Shown here piece by piece: positions 62,612 through 64,000 of a stretch of DNA of 64,000 nt. The stretch covers positions 27,156,001 through 27,220,000 of the forward strand of contig OZ024763.1 in the NCBI GenBank assembly GCA_964016885.1, given 5' to 3'. The DNA comes from Eledone cirrhosa (Eukaryota). The notes beneath the pieces are model-generated. The model was not told the origin of the DNA. It saw only the letters and a program-made list of their open reading frames with translations, and made no database searches. Position 1 is the first letter of the stretch. Each line of letters begins with the position of its first letter. The position numbers were made by a program, and so were the translations under genes.

Positions 62612-64000
62612 GCAGCAGCAGCAGCAGCAACAACAGTAACATCAACAACAGTGTCAACAACAATAGTAACAATAGCAATAACACCTTCAGCACCAACACA
62701 TATAACTGCATTAACAACAGTAACAACAACAACAATATCCACAACACAAACAACAACAACAACAACAACACTATCAACAGTAACAAAAATACCAGTAACA
62801 ACAACACCAACAAAAGTAACAACAATACCATCAACAGTAAGAACAACAACAATAGCAACACTACCAACATTAACAACACCAATACCAACAACGACACCAA
62901 TAACAACACCACCACCAACAATAACAACAACAGTAACAACAATACCATCAACAGTAAGAACAACACCAATACCAACAACAGTAACAACGACACCAATAAT
63001 AACACCAACAACAACAACGACACCAATAACAACACCACCACCAACAATAACAACAACAGTAACAACAATACCATCAACAGTAAGAACAACACCAATACCA
63101 ACAACAGTAACAACGACACCAATAATAACACCAACAACAACAACGACACCAATAACAACACCACCACCAACAATAACAACAACAGTAACAACAATACCAT
63201 CAACAGTAAGAACAACACCAATACCAACAACAGTAACAACGACACCAATAATAACACCAACAACAACAACGACACCAATAACAACACCACCACCAACAAT
63301 AACAACAACAGTAACAACAATACCATCAACAGTAAGAACAACACCAATACCAACAACAGTAACAACGACACCAATAATAACACCAACAACAACAACGACA
63401 CCAATAACAACACCACCACCAACAATAACAACAACAGTAACACCAACACCAACAATAACAACAACAGTAACAACAACACCAACAACAATAATAGTAACAA
63501 CAACACCACCACCACCAACAACAACAACAACACCCCCAACAACACCAACACCATCAACAACAACAACAACAGCACCAACAACAACAACACCACCAACACC
63601 ATCAACAACACCAACACCATCAACAACAACATCACCATCATCAGTGACAACAACACGATCAACATCAAAAACACCACCACCAGCAACACCACCAACAACA
63701 ACAACACCAACACCATCAACAACAACACCACCAACACCAACACCAACACCATCAACAACAACACCAACACCATCAACAACATCAACATCATCATCAACAA
63801 CACCAACATCATCATCAACAACAACAACACCACCACCAACAAAACACCAAAAACACCACCACCAGCAACACCACCACCAACAACAACAACACCACCAACA
63901 CCAAAAACAACAACAACAACAACAACATCACCATCATCAGTTACAACAACACGATCAACAACATCAAAAACACCTCCACCAGCAACACCACCACCGACAC
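62572..64000. repeat. Degenerate (AAC/ACC)n array with 126-bp higher-order repeat
   Basis: aataccatcaacagtaagaac recurs at 62941, 63067, 63193, 63319. Confidence 0.9.

Noticed and set aside
62520-63842. 440-aa Leu/Val-rich ORF
   Set aside because: Antisense of the (AAC)n array; no domain

Overview
This is eukaryotic, repeat-saturated DNA. The extreme (TA)n/(GA)n content and the SINE families suggest an octopod cephalopod (inference). I can support no host protein-coding gene; almost all long ORFs in the track are translations of microsatellites. The real coding content is retrotransposon-derived: three larger Penelope-like elements (PLE; RT plus C-terminal GIY-YIG, two lineages) and PLE fragments, a decayed RTE-type LINE (APE + RT + zinc finger), and 3' fragments of CRE-like, R4/Dong-like, L1/Tx1-like and other RTE LINEs. 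There are dozens of tRNA-derived SINEs, a hAT MITE with a perfect 8-bp TSD, and mariner-like MITEs. The most striking signal, found by manual motif reading, is about ten distinct families of short units inserted in (TA)n tracts. They carry minimal type-I hammerhead ribozyme (HHR) motifs (stemI-CUGANGA-stemII-GAAA-short, often palindromic stemIII-UH-stemI'), some with atypical cores. Many units are fold-back inverted repeats whose apex lies in or just upstream of the ribozyme. Three families end in an ATG-initiated stub; in two related PLE families this stub (MTLPKYNN...) is conserved at the protein level. No folding or database search was run.
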